Shown here one piece after another: positions 27,076-40,418 of a stretch of DNA of 64,000 nt (position 1 is its first letter; each line of letters starts with the position of its first letter). The notes under the pieces are model-generated. The model was not told the origin of the DNA. It ran no database searches and worked only from the letters and a program-made list of their open reading frames with translations. The stretch spans positions 118,214 to 182,213 of the forward strand of contig QPMI01000178.1 of the NCBI GenBank assembly GCA_004431415.1, given 5' to 3'. A program made the translations under genes and the position numbers. The DNA comes from Cyanophora paradoxa CCMP329. Lineage: Eukaryota > Plantae > Glaucophyta.

Positions 27076-30000
27076 ATGCCGACCGCCGGGCCCGCGGCGA
27101 CCGCGCCGCCGCGGATGAAGCTCGCCACCACCGCGGCCGCGCAGTCGACGGCCAAGACGAGCGCGTCGCAGACACATGCGAAGTCCCTTGGTGGCACAGC
27201 TACCGGCAGCCTCAATAGGACGCGGATGAGCCAAGCCTCCGTCGAGGCGAGCCTGGAGGTGGCGGCGCTTGCGAGGACCGTCCAGATCGACAAGCACGAG
27301 GGGAGGTGCGTCACGGACGCTCCAGCGCCCGCCGCCCGCCCCGCCCCGCCGCCCCCGCCCAAATCCGCGCTCCTTTCTGCAGGCCGTCCGACAACCTGAA
27401 GGCCATCACCATCAACCGCAAAGAGGTGCGCGCGGCCCGCCGTGGCGGCCTTAGCTACGCAATTCCGCGCCTGCGCCCGCGCGGGCCCGCCCCGCTGACC
27501 GACCGAGCGCGCTTCGCGGGGGCGGGGCGCAGAGGCACGAGCGGCAGGTGGAGCGGTACGAGAGGCGGATGACGGAGATCGCGAACAACCTGGAGGACGC
27601 CGTGGCGAGGACCAGCAGACACTTCCACGACAAGGCGCGCCCCGCCCGAACTCCCCGCCCCTCCCCGCTCCCCTTGCCTCCAACGGCGGGACAGATGGCG
27701 AACGACGACCGGGCGCTGGCGGCGCTGGCGGCGCAGCTGGAGGAGGAGCCGCTGCTCGCCCTCGAGCGCGAGGAGCAGCTGGTCTTCCTCTGGGAGCAGG
27801 CGCGCGCCCCCGCCCCTCCTGCCCCGCCCGCCCCCGCCCCCCCGCCCTCGGCTCAGGCGGCGCCCCGCGCGCAGATCGAATCGCACACGGGCCTTCGGGA
27901 CGGCTGGATCGACGCCCTCGACCACGACCTCAACGTGCGCCGCCATGATTCGAACCCGGGCCCAGCCGAGCCGGCCCGAGCCGATGTGACGCCGTACCCA
28001 GGCGCTGGAGGACCAGCGGGCGGGGCTGGTGGAGGCGGAGCAGCGGAAGCTCGTGGGCGCCCTCGTCGAGATCGCCTTCATGCTACCCCCCGACGTCCAG
28101 CGCCTCGTCGAGGCGCGTACCCCCCCACTTCCTCCCAAACCGCGTAACCCCCCCGCAGGACCAGAGCCGGGGCTTCAACCTTTTGATCCTGGGCAACCGC
28201 CGCTCGCACGCCGAGCTCATCGCCAAGCTCAAGGCGAGCCGGGCCGCCCCTCACTCGCGTTCGCCCCCCGCGGGACTCGAACCCGGGGCCCCGGGCCGCA
28301 GGTGACGAACGTGGAGCGGGAGGCGGCGGTGCGGGTCCTGTGGGAGCAGCGCCTCGCCCTCTGGCGCCGCCTCCGCCACGAGCGCGCCCTCGGTACCCCC
28401 CTCCCTCCGCCGTCCTTTTCTCTCTCTCTCCCCCCTCCCCCTTTGACCGGTACCCCAGCGGCCTTCAAGAGCCTCATCCTGGGGCCGGTGTACGTCGATC
28501 CTCAGGTCGCGTACCCCCCGCTACCCGCCCCGTGGCCGTACCCCCTGATCTATTTATAGAGCCGGCGGGCGAGCATGGAGACGACGCGGCAGGAGCAGGC
28601 GGCTCTCAACCGCCGCCGCACCGAACACGTACCCCCCTTCTCCTCCCCCCGCATTTGACCCCCGCCTCGGCCGACGGGCGGGCGGGCAGATCGCGGCTGT
28701 GGCGGGCCTGGCGCCCCCGGCGCTCTCCGCGGCGGCGGGGGCGGCCTGGCGCCAGACGGCCCGCGAGATCGCCGACGAGACGGACAAGACGCGCGCCCGC
28801 CCCCGCGAAATCCTCGCCGTCTCTTCCTCTGACGCGCCTCGCCCGCTTCTACGACAGGTACGCGTCGTGCGTGGCGGAGCTGCGGAACTCGGAGGGGGCG
28901 ATCGAGCGGGAGAGCCGCGCCGCCATGGCCCGCCTCCGCGCAGACCTCGCACGGTGCCCGGCCTTTACCCCTCTCCCTTTTCTTTCCTTTCCCCCTCGAA
29001 TCTTAGCCCCTCCCCGCCCTCCCGCCCTTCCTCTTTCCGTTGCCGCTCGATCTTAGCTCCCTTCGGCGGCGCAGGTACGCGCACGTCCCGGCGGGGCACG
29101 TGGACGAGATCGTCGCCGCCGAGTGCGAGCCGCTGGTCCGTCCGCCCCTCCGGCCCGGAGCCCGGCCCTTGCCCGCCCTGACCCCTCCGCGCAGGTGCGG
29201 GAGCGGGCGGAGCGGGCGCGGGCGCTCCTCGACGCCGTCGAGAAGACCCTCCTCGCCCAGGCGCGCCTCGCCTCGCCTCGCCCCCGGCGCCCCCGGCGCC
29301 CGCAGCCGGCCGCCCTCCGAGCCGCGTTCTCGCTCGCGCGCGCGCAGGCGGGGGTGTACCGGGAGCAGACGGACGCCGTCGGGGCCTTCCTCGAGGTGCG
29401 CGCGGCGCGGCGGGGTTTTTTGCGCGAGGGCGAGGGCCTAGGCCGACGCTGAGCCGAGCTGGGCTGATGGTGCGGGGCGGGTCTCGCTGCAGGCGGCGGG
29501 GGCGCTCTCGGACCGGGACCTCCGCTCCAACGACGACCTCGACGCCGCCCTCCGGTGCCCCGCCGCCCCGCCCGCTCTCCCGCCCCGCCCCGCCCGCACG
29601 CCTGACGGACCGGGGCGCGCGCGCGCGCGCGCGCAGGGGCGAGCTGAACACCCTCCGCGGCAAGCATGAGCAGACCGTACGCTCCCCTCTCTCCTCCCGC
29701 CCCGCCCGGCCCCGCCCCTGACCCGCGCCCCTCGTCGGGCAGGACCGGGGGGCGGAGGAGCGGCTGGACGAGGTGCTGCAGCACCTCAAGCGCGCCGGCG
29801 ACTTCGAGGCCGCACGGGCGCGCCATCGCTTCCTCTCTCTAACTGTGCTTCCGTCCGCTGAACCTTCGCTTGCTCGCTCGCCCGCCCGCCCGCCCGCTTC
29901 CGCAGAGCTGCCTCCAGGAGTCGGTCGGCCTCCTCGCCGCCATCGAGGAGGGTCCGCCCCCCGCGCCCCCCGACCCCGTACCCCCCTTCTGAGCGGCGGG

Positions 30001-33000
30001 GGCCCGGCAGGGTACCGGTCGTTCCACGAGGACGTGCTGAAGGCGACCGGGGCCTTCCCCGGCCGCCTCAAGGCCTACACCGACTCGCGCGCCCCTCCCT
30101 CTCTTCCTTCCTTCCCCCTCTTTGTGCCCGCCGTGACGCCCCCCGGCCCCCGGCCCCCGCACTCTGCAGGATGCGGGGGGAGGTCTGCGGCCTGCTGGGC
30201 CTCAAGGACCCCTTCGCCCCGTGCGCCAAATCGTACTACTGCGCGATCCGATCCGGAGCTGACGCGTCGCTTCCTGCTGCAGGCCCCCGCCGGGCCCCGC
30301 GGAGGGCGCGGAGGGCGCGGCGGCGGCCGGGGCGCCGGTCCCGGCAGGGGCGGCCGCCACCCCCGTCAAAGACGTGCGCGCCGGCCGCGGCCCCTCGCGC
30401 CGCCCCGCCCCTCTCCGCTCCACCCCGCACTGACGCCTTTGCGCTGGGCGGGGCAGCCGAAGAAAGCGGCGGCGGCGACGCCGGCGGGCAAGGCGCCCGC
30501 GGCCGGCGCCCGCCCCAACTCGCGCGAGGCGGCCGCCGCCGGCGGCGCCGCCGGCCGCGCCAAGACGCCCCCCGCCCACGCCGCGGTCCGCCCCCGCCCC
30601 GCCTCCTTCCTCTTTCCCATCCTTTCCCTAAGCCTGCGCAGCGGCCGGGGTCCGGGGCGGGCCTGCCGGGGTCGGTCGCCGCCCCCGCGGAGCCCGAGGC
30701 ACCGGTGGTCGAGGAGGTGACGCACGTGACGACGCAGCGCAAGACTCGCTACCCCGTCGGCTCCTCCATCGAGGTACCCCCCTTCTCTTCCCCCCTTCTT
30801 CTCCTCCCCGAACTGAGCTGTACCCCAGGACGTCGTGTTCCGGCCGCCGCCGCCGCCGCCGCCGCCGGAGCCTGCGGAGCCTGCGCCGGAGGCCGGGGCG
30901 GCGGGCGGGGCGGCGGGGCGGCGGCGGGGCGAAGGGGGCGCCCCAGCGGGGAAAGCCCCCGCGGCGGGCAAGCCCAAGGACCCGAAGGCGGCGGCGGCGG
31001 CGCTGGCGGAGGCGGAGGCGGCGCGCAAGGCCGAGGAGGAGGCGGCGGCCGCGGCGGCCGCGGCCGCGGCCGCGGCGCCGAAGCCGTTCGCGTCGCCGGA
31101 GGACAACGGGCGGGCGTGCCTCCACGTCGCCCCCATCGACCCGGCGCTCCTGCAGGCCCGCCCGCACCGCTCCGCTCCGCCCGCCCCCTTCGTCCGCCCC
31201 CTTATCGGGGACGGGCCCAGGGTGCGCTGCGGGCGGTGCGGCGGGGACTGGTGGAGGACTTCGAGCGGCGCTCGGAGGAGCGCGCCCGCGCCGCCGCCGC
31301 CTTCTGCCGCCGCACCCAGGCCCGCCCTCCCGTCCGACGCCTTCGAACGCGGGCGCCTCTGAGCTCTGACGGGGGCGCATGCAGGAGGCGGCGACGAACG
31401 AGCTGGACGACCGGCTGCAGGCGCACCGGCCCCGCGCCGGCCGCGTCGAGCTCGACTCCTACCAGCAGGCACGCCCCACACCCCTCCCTTTCTTTCTGCG
31501 AGCCGCCGCGTTCGACTCCCTCTCTTCTCGCAGCGGGCGGTGGAGCTGAGCGGGAACCGGGGCAAGCTGGACCGGCACCGCCGCGCCGTGCGCCAGCGCA
31601 TGGAGTCCCAGCGCGCCCAGTTCGTCGAGGCCGTCCACGGGGTACGCCCTTCCTCAGAGATGGCTCATCCGAGGCGGCCTGCTTCTAAAAAAAGCGCAGC
31701 TGGACGCGGCGGTGCAGGCGTACGCGGGGCGGCAGAAGCGGGCGGGGGCGGCGCTCGCCGGCGCCTCCAACACGGACACGCTCGCCCGCCTCCAGCGCGC
31801 CGCCCGCACCGTGCGCCGGTCGGCGTTACTCCCGCGGCGGGACTCGAACCCGCGCCCGCCACGCAGGAGGAGGCGCGCTTCGCGGAGGAGTACGCTTCGC
31901 TCCTCGCGGAGGTCACCGCGCAGGCGCGTTGGAACCCTCCCACCCCTATCCCTTAGCCCTTCAAGCGACGGCCCCCGCACGCAGGCGGCGGCGGCGGCGG
32001 TGGCGATCGCGGAGATGAACGCGGCCTACGCCAAGGCGAGCGAGCACCGTCCCCCCGCCCGGTCTTCTGGAGATCTGACGGCGGCGGCGGCGGCGGGGGC
32101 GCAGACGCTGGCGCCGCTGGGGGAGGGGGGTACCTTCAGCGGCGAGGAGGTCGCCGAGGCCCGCGCCGCCCTCGCCGAGGCTCGCAGCCCTCCCCCTCCC
32201 TCCCCCTCTTCCTTCCTTCCTTCCTTCCGCCCGGCCCTGACGCCGCCCTGCTCGCGCAGCTGGAGGCGGAGGCGCACGAGATCCAGCGCGCGTGCGGCCC
32301 TCCACCAACCTCTGCCCCTCTATTCACATCTCTGTCTCTAACGCTTGCGCTGGGAAGGCGGGAGGCGCTGCTGGGGGACCTCGCAGCCAAGCACCGCGCC
32401 GACGCCGCCCGCGCCCTCGCCGAGGTCCCCCCGCCCCGCCCCGCGCCCCGCCCCCGCCCGGGTTGGAGGGGGAGCCGCCCTTAGAGTCGCCCCGCCCGAG
32501 GTGGACGGGGAACCTCACCGGCCGCCCCCGCCCCCGCCCCGCGCCCCGCGCCCCGCAGTTCGAGGCGGAGTTCGGGCACAACAAGGAGGACCTCGACTTC
32601 ATCGAAAAGCAGGACGAGGTCGAGCGGTCCGCGCCGGCCCCGCCCCGCCCCTGCGTTGCGCCCCTCTCGCCGCGCGCGGGGCCGACGGCTTTCGGACCGG
32701 CTGGCGGCAGGCTGGCGCGGGGCAAGCTGCGGATCGAGCTCGCAGACAGCGACGCCCGCGAGGCGGCCCTGGTGCCTACCCCCCCGCCTTCTCCTTGCGC
32801 TCCGGCTGAGGCGGCGGCAGCTGGAGAAGATCGGGGCGCTGGAGCGGCTCTCGGAGGAGGGCGCCGCCGCCTTCGCCCCCGACGCCGCCGCCGCCGCCTC
32901 CCGCTCCGGTGCCCCCCGCCCCGGCCCCCCTCCTTGTCCTCTCTTCTTCGATTCTGACGCCCTTCAACTCGGCAGGGCGGCGGCCGGCGGCGGCGGCGGC

Positions 33001-35930
33001 GCCCGAGGGGCGGGCCTCGGCGACCTACCGCGCCCTCGAGCTCGTCGACGCCATCCGCCGCGAGGTGCGGCCTCTCCTCTCGTCTTACTCTTCTCCTTCC
33101 TGAGCCCGCCCCGCAGATGCACTTCCGGGCGACGTACCTCGAGGGCCTCCGCTGCGCCGTACCCCTCCCCGACGTCCCCCTCGCCCCCTTCCTCGCCCCC
33201 GGCGAGGCCCCGCCCCCCTTCGCCGCCCCCGTCCCCGCGACCCCCGCCCCCGCCCCGCCACCCCGGCCGCCCCGGCAAGCCGGCCGCCGCCGCCCCCGCC
33301 GCCGGTGCCAAGGGCGGCGCGAAGGGCGGCGCGGCCCCGGCCGCACCGCCTCCCGAGCCGTGCGCCACTAATCCCCGCGTCCACCCTTTCCCCGTACCCC
33401 TGACGGCCCTGGTACAGGCCGAAGACGCTCACGGCAGCCGTCGCTGCGCTCCAGAGCGGCCTGCAGGAGCAGATGCTCGCCGCTGCCAAGGCACGCGTAC
33501 CCCCCACCGTCGGCATGTCCGAGCCGAGCTGAAGCCGTACCCCCCGCAGGCGTACTACGCGGCGCGGGGTACGCGGGCGATCACGCGGCCGGCGCGCATC
33601 CGCCCCACCGTCGAGGAGCAGGCGCGCCCTTCCAACCTCCTCCCCCCCCCCTTCCTTCTCTAGCCTCTTCTCACCCCGTACCCCCCTCCCCGCAGGGTAC
33701 AGCCATCGCGGAGTCGTTCAAGGCGCTGACGGAGTCGGCCGCTAAGTACCGGGAGGGACGCATGCGCGGTCCGGCCCCCTCGCCCCCACCCACCCCTACC
33801 CCCCTGACATCCCCCCCTCCCCCCAGAGCTCCGGGCGCACGCGGCGCGGCTGTTCGCGGCGCTGCAGCGCGTGCCGGCGGCCGTATTCGGCGACTGCGCC
33901 CTCCGCGCCGTCCAGGCGAGAGCCCGCCCCGCCCGCCCCGCCCGCAGCCCCGCCCAGGCTACCCTCGGCTGTGCAGCTCACGGGGTTTCTTCCTCCCTGC
34001 AGCGGGCGGGGGCGGCGGGGCGGGAGAAGCGGGCGGCCTTCGACGCCGCGTACGCCTCCCTCCAGAAGCTCAGGGTCCGCTCCCCTCGGCCCTCCACCCT
34101 CCGCCCTCCGCCCTCCGGCCCGGGGGCGCGCGCTCGCTGAACTATGCTTTTCGCAGGCGGAGCACGAGGGGCGGCTCTCGCCGTCGCTCGCGGACGCGAA
34201 CCGCGCGGCGGAGCTCGAGGCGACCCTCGCCGCCGAGGAGAAGCGCACCGCCGAGGCGCGCCCCGCGCCCCTCCGCCGCCCCGCTCGTGTTCTGACGAGC
34301 GACGCTGACCGGCACGACCGGCGCGCGCAGACGATCGACCTGATTCGCGAGCACGTGTCCGCCGTGACGGCGCGCCCGCCCGCCCGGCCCCGAGCTCGCC
34401 CCCGCCCCCGCGCGCTCACCGCAGCGGCCTGGGGGCGCGCAGGGTGCGGAGACGGGGGAGGCGGGGGCGTTCGGGAAGAACCTGGTGGCGGCCTCCTCGG
34501 CCCTCCTCGCCCTCCTCGACTCCACCGTCATGCCCGAGGCGCGCGCGCGCGCGAGCGTCCCCGCCCCAGGAAGACGGGCGCGAGCTAAGCTGAAAGGGGC
34601 TCCGGGGCGTGCGCGCGAGCGAGCGCGCGAGCGGGCGCTTAGAGAGACTAGGGAGAAAGAAAGGCGGGAGCGAGCTCTAAGGGGGCGGGCAGGACCTGAC
34701 GGCGGGGGAGCAAGCGGTGAACGCGGAGCGGGCGCCCCTCAAGAAGCTCATGCTCGAGGTCGAGCGCGCCAAGGTCCGCCCCGCCCCCGCCCCCGCCCCG
34801 CCCCGCCCGCACCGCCCGCCGCCCCTCCGCGGCACGATCGCGCTCCCTACACTCTCTTTCTAAGCTTCCTGGTCCTAAGCTCGCTCTAGCCTAGCTCAAC
34901 CTAGCTCAGCTGGGTCGAACTGAGCTCCGGGGGCGCAGCGGGAGGGCATCGACCTCGTCGCCGCCGCCGCGAAGGAGCGCCCGGGCTCCGCCGCCCAGGC
35001 CCGGCCCCGCCGCCGGCGGCGCCAAGGCCGGCGCCGGCAAGGCCCCCGCCGCTGCAGCCGCCGGGTCCGCCCCCTTCCCTCCTCGTTTCTTTTCGCTTTC
35101 CTTTGGCTGAATCGCGGGGGTACGACGAAGGGCGAAGAAGGGCGGCCCTGCGGGGGCCCCCGCCGCCGCCGACCCCGGCCTCCTCCCCCGCGTCTTCAAG
35201 GTACCCCCCTCCCCGCTCGCTTCCTGCTGCTGCTCACGTTCGCGGCAGCCGCAGCAGTGGCCGGCGCTGCCTCCCGCGGAGGAGCTCACGCCGGCCGCCG
35301 TCCTCGCGCCCCCGCCGTCCGCCGGCGAGGCCCCGGGGCCGGCGGCGGCGGCCGTCCCCGCCCCCGCCGACGCGCGGCCGCCCTCGGGCGGTGCGCGCGC
35401 GCGCGCGTTTCGTTCTTTTTGGGTCACCCCGCCGTGTCTCTGAGAGGAGCCCGCAGCCCCAAGGGCAAGGCTCCCGCGGCGGCGGCGGCGGCGGCGCCCG
35501 GCAAGGGCCCGGCGGCTGCTGCTGCGGGCCCGGAGGCGCTGTCGGCGGAGGCGGCGGCGGCGGGGCGCTGCTGGGCCTGGACGCCCTCCCGCAGCGCTCG
35601 CTCGCGGCGGCGCGGACGCGCACCTACGAGTCCTACCGCCGCTACTACTCCGCCGCCATCCGCGTGCGCCGCGGCGCCGCCGCCGCCGCTGCCTTATCGC
35701 CGCCCTCTGCGGCCCCTCCTCAGAGCGTCTCGCAGGGGGCGGTGGAGGAGGGCCAGCGGCTCGTCATGCAGGAGCGCACCTGGCAGCACACCGTGCGCCC
35801 CCGCCCCCCGCGCCCTTGGCCTTCGCGCCGCCCCGCTCGGACCCCTCATGACCGCGCGCCCGCGCCCCGCCCGCCCCCGCCGCAGTGGCTGACGATGGTG
35901 GGCAACCTGAAGCGCGCCGTGCAGGCGTAG
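27076..35930 (+). CDS. CCDC180: Coiled-coil ciliary central-apparatus protein CCDC180/FAP76 (DUF4455 + DUF4456), many exons
   Basis: N-terminal LVEIAFMLPPDVQRLVE..ILGNRRSHAELIAKL..LWEQRLALWRRLRHERA (DUF4455-like). C-terminal RSLAAARTRTYESYRRYY..QERTWQHT|WLTMVGNLK (DUF4456-like). Confidence 0.75.
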
Positions 35931-36285
35931 CCGCGCAGCGCAATTGTGTGTGTATGCGCGAGCGCGGTCGCTGCTGTCCAATCATCACCAGATCTCGCCC
36001 ACTGCCGCAGTGCAGCTGGCAGCGCAATGCGCACGATGCTTACCAGGGCAACTAGGCCTCCCCAGGATGCGTTAACACCGCCGCAGCGCGCAATTGCAAA
36101 GAACGAAGCGTGCACATGGATAATGTATTCGTGTATTCGAAAGCGAAACTCGAAAAATCTAATACTCTACTTAAATTTGCGGGCTATGCTTAAAAGAACC
36201 TTTAAATTTACGCTGCAATTCAACCTGATCTAATTTAATTTATCATCGTGGGCCGATGGGTATTTTACTTGTAATACTTGGTATT

Positions 36286-39200
36286 TTAAGCACGCCCCGC
36301 GAGCAGAAGAGAGACGGCCGCTGCGAGAAGGACGAGCATAATCTGGGGTCCGGTGCTGTGTGCCGCCGACATTCCAGGCCAGTAAGGCACGCTGGAGCCG
36401 GCTCCGCCGACATTGGCGTTCGTAGTGGTCACAGGGAGCGTCGACATCAGCGAGAACTGTCGCGGGGCGAACACGGTCACGATTTTAGATCTAGGCTAGG
36501 AAATCGCAGTTTAGCATTTCGCACCGGGGTGAGGTGGTTGCAGGTGGCGGTGTAGGCGCCGGCGGCGGCGGTGGCGGCGGAGCAGACCTCCCAGGCCTTG
36601 CTGGTGGTGTTGAAGAAGACGAGCGAGACGGCCTGGCCCGCCGCGATCGTCACGCCGCTCGCGACGGGGATCGTGAAGCCGACCCCCGAGCCGAACTCGC
36701 TGCTCAGCTGCTTCGCCCTGCCGGCGTCGTCGAGGCCCGTCGCCGTGACGTCGAGGATCGGCGCGACGAGGCGGAAGCCCGCCGGCGGCGCGGGGAAGGA
36801 CGACGCGTTCGCGTACACGCGCACGAGGGCCTGTTAAAAATCGGAAGCTAAGGAGTCGAAACGGAACGGCGCAATCTGAACGATCGCGAAATTGTTAATC
36901 CGCACCTGGAAGTTCTTGCCGCCCCAAGCGTTGGTGGGGAAGGTGATCTGTCGGGCAGGACGTATGCACGAAGCGCGCGAGTTTCAAGCAAAAGAATCAC
37001 GCACCACCGCCCCCGGAGCGTCCGAAATGCCGCCGACGGTGACCCGGGGGCCGGCCGAGGGGCACGCCTGCACACCGAACCGCGAATTAGAATTAATCCG
37101 TATATTGTTCATGATCGATATCAAGACGAGCGCTAGCAAATGACGCGAACCTTGAAGCCCCAGGGGTCGAACTCGGTGGCGCGCGTCGCCTGCGTGTCGC
37201 ACGGCGTGTCGGGGCTGCTCAGCGAGATCTGTCGAGGATTGCATTCAGTCTTCTGGTATCGGCCATGCTCAACGCTGGCCAGCTTGGGGTCACCTGGGCG
37301 GCCACTTGGGTGAGGGCCGTCTGCGTCTCGGCGCGGATGGAAGCGCCGGCCGTCGAGGTGGCGGGGATCGCGGACAGCAGCCCCGAGAGGCTCGTCTGCA
37401 GGCTCTGCGCGTCCCCTCGCGCTCAGCCGACAAGTTCAATTCCTCATAGACGGACATATCATATTGCATCGACACCCCTCACCTTCGCGTCGATGCCGGC
37501 CGTGGTGGCGAGGTTCTGCAGTTTTCGTCATCAGTGGAGCGGGCTATATATAATTGCTTGCGGTCATATTTAAAGCTCTCGCACAGGGTTGGCCTTGATG
37601 ACGTTCATGAGCAGCGTGGCGCCCTGGACGGCCGTGGCTTCCGAGACCGCGCCGGTCTTGGCGGCGACGGGCGCGACCGACGAGAAGAACGTGACCAGGG
37701 CCCCCGCGTTCTGCGATGGAGGACGAGGCACGAATTTAGACCTTGCGAAACACGTCGAAATTTTGAAGGACATCGATGCTGTGTACCGCGGTGTTGGTGA
37801 GATCGACGCCCGACTTGGTTGCCTCCGTCGTCACAGCCTGTGATCGTATTGATCGCATCATCAGCGGCGGCTAATTGCGATGCTCTCAGAACAGCGCCCA
37901 CCGTCATGACGTTCGAGATAACGGTCGAGAACGACGCGAGGAGGCTGTCGATCGCGCCGAGCGCCGCGCGGCGAAGGCGGCGGAGCTGGATGCCGGTCGC
38001 CTTGCTGTAGCGGTCCTTGAGGGTGCCGACGAGCGCCAGGATCTTGTTCATCTTCGTCGCGAAGTCGTCGCCGCTCTGCGCTCGCGGGCGCGGGAGGGAT
38101 TCAGAGGCCGGATCCGGATCTCACACGAAAGGAATTCAGGCGCGCACGTTCAGGATCGCGGTGACCTCCTTGTTCACGGCGTCCACCGCTGCCTGCCGCG
38201 AGCCGTTTAGTTATATAATTGTTTGAAGAGCGAGCGTGCGCGGGGCGCGGATCCGGACGTTGAAGTCGGTGACGGCGTTGCCGGTGGCGGGGACGAGGGC
38301 CTTGACCTCGACCGCGGCGGCGATCGCGAAGGCCGTCGCCCGCCCCGCGCTGTCCTCCACCGCCACCCTCAGCTTCGCCGTCCGCGTCGCCCCGCTCTGC
38401 GCACGCGCCAAGTCAGCGAACAAGTGTATACGTATACACACTCAAATATAAAGGCTTGGATGGAGCCCACGTCGGGGAAGAAGAAGACAATGGTCTCGGA
38501 GAGGACGTCGAGGGCGAGGGGCGCCGCCGCGAGGTCCGACGTGACCGTGTACCTCAGCGGGGTCGAGGCCGACTGCCACCCCGAGCACGTCACCTGAGCC
38601 CCACGCCCTCGCGTCAGCCGGATTTCCAGCACTAGTCGGCGTCTTGGGGGACGGTCCAGTCGACGTGGCGCACCGTAACCTTCTCCACGCCCGCCTGAAC
38701 AGAGAGAGGGGAGACGCTACACGTGCCTCCGGAAGGAGCCGCGTCTGCATTCCGGATTGCGTTAGCTGATTGGCATACACAATATTAATGATCACGTCCA
38801 CAAACACCGCGCACTGGCCAAGGCGCCAGGAGTCGGAGTTGCGAATGTAATTACAGCTGGCAGCGCTGTCGGGGCCCTGGATGCGAAACGTACAAATTCA
38901 GGATTAAACGGTTGCACTCGATAAGCAGTTGAGCCAGTGCGCACGCTTGCGGTACTGTGGCTAGAGCAGTCTGCAGGGCCGAATTTAAAAACAGAGCGTA
39001 AACAAGGAAGCTAGATCTAGATGGCCGAAAGGGGGCCGAAATAAATAGCATTAAGCAGCTACGCACTGGGGTTGGAGAGTTCGGCGATGAATCGGCAACG
39101 ATCGCGGGCGTCGCGATCGGCGATGGTGACGGGGATGGAGTCTCTGTCGGAGACGGCGATGGGGATGGCCTGCGCGTAATCAAAAAGATCGATTCGAAAC

Positions 39201-40415
39201 CCTTCCTTGTATGGCAAAAACCAACCCTCCCAACATTTATTATATAATTTACCCCACCCGGTTGTTGCGAGGGGTTGGTGCTATAGGGGCTGGAAAACTT
39301 CCATGTGCGCACGTGGCAAATAATCAATATTTGTTTGTGTGGCATATTATCAAAGGCACCCTTAAGCATAAATTCCACGTGGCGTTGCGCACGAGGGGCT
39401 CGGGCTCGGCGAAGGGGTGGGATAGCAGATGCTCTCAACAACATCCTCGTAGCGCCGGGCGGCGCACTCCATCGTCACGGTGCCCACTCGCGTAGCGTCT
39501 CGCTTGAGCTTCGACGAATCCGCTAAGGTGCTTGATCCCTAGAAGATTGATCAATTAAAATGCTCAGCGAATTCAACAGCAGAAAGGTGGCAGCCCGAGG
39601 CTGAAGCTTAACCCCGTCGTTCACAGGATCGGGGCTAAGTTCCATACGAATTTGAAAGAGAATCAATCGAATCGCACCGAGGGTTCGTCAAACTTGTACC
39701 ACATCGCCAGAGGGTGCTTCTTGTACATCGCGCAGCTGATGCCGTTGTTGTAGAGCTCGGTAACGTCAGCCTCCGAGAGAGAAGCGTTCCAGATTCGAAA
39801 CCTGATTAAGACCCATGGCCAGTGTCATTGAAAGAACTGTGATGCAATCACGATCTAGCGATCGTCTCACTCAGCGATGGTAAGATCGTCGGCTCCCGCC
39901 ATATGGTAATAATCGCTGACGATCTGCGCGTCCTGAATCAATCACGATCAATTTCTCAACCGGGGAAAGAAGCACCCAATTTGCGCGGCCGAAAACGTTG
40001 AACGCGCGATCGAACGACCCGATAGGCTCCGCTCCGTACCTGTCCGAGCCCTGCAGAGCAATTGCAATAACACATACAGGGTCGCTTTAGTAATTATAAT
40101 GTCACAGCGGCCGCGAACGTCGGCATTGCTTACCTGGTACCAGATGCCACCGACAGGGCTTTTTACTGGGTTCACGTTCGTATCGGGGGTGCAGGCGTCG
40201 TACTCGGCAGACGCGGTATTCGGGTCGCATGGGGCCCTCTTGGTGGCGTTTACGTATGTTGTGACAGGGGCCGCGCGGCCTGCGGTGTCGCCGTAGATCG
40301 TATTACCGCTACCATCGTCCTTTGGTGTTGTTCCGTCCGTTTCGTATTGGACCATATACGCCGTCGCGTCTTGGGTCGCCCCGATCGCGACTGCGATGTG
40401 GACCCATTGCCCCAC
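36286..40415 (-). pseudogene. Paralogue of the 6752-11090 surface protein with a LamG-like N-terminal domain; 5'-truncated by the viral insert
   Basis: 38700->36480 exons are nearly identical to 8630->10940 (REJ, GPS CNHLTP|FSL). GPI-like tail ..MLVLLAAAVSLLLAGRA*. LamG-like VGQWVHIAVAIG and FRIWNASLSEADVTELY. No signal-peptide exon: foreign DNA starts at 40419. Confidence 0.75.
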
Positions 40416-40418
40416 CTG

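Noticed and set aside
187-36233. Most long ORF-track entries across the host genes
   Set aside because: They are GC-rich shadow ORFs or exon-intron read-throughs; the real genes are spliced as listed.
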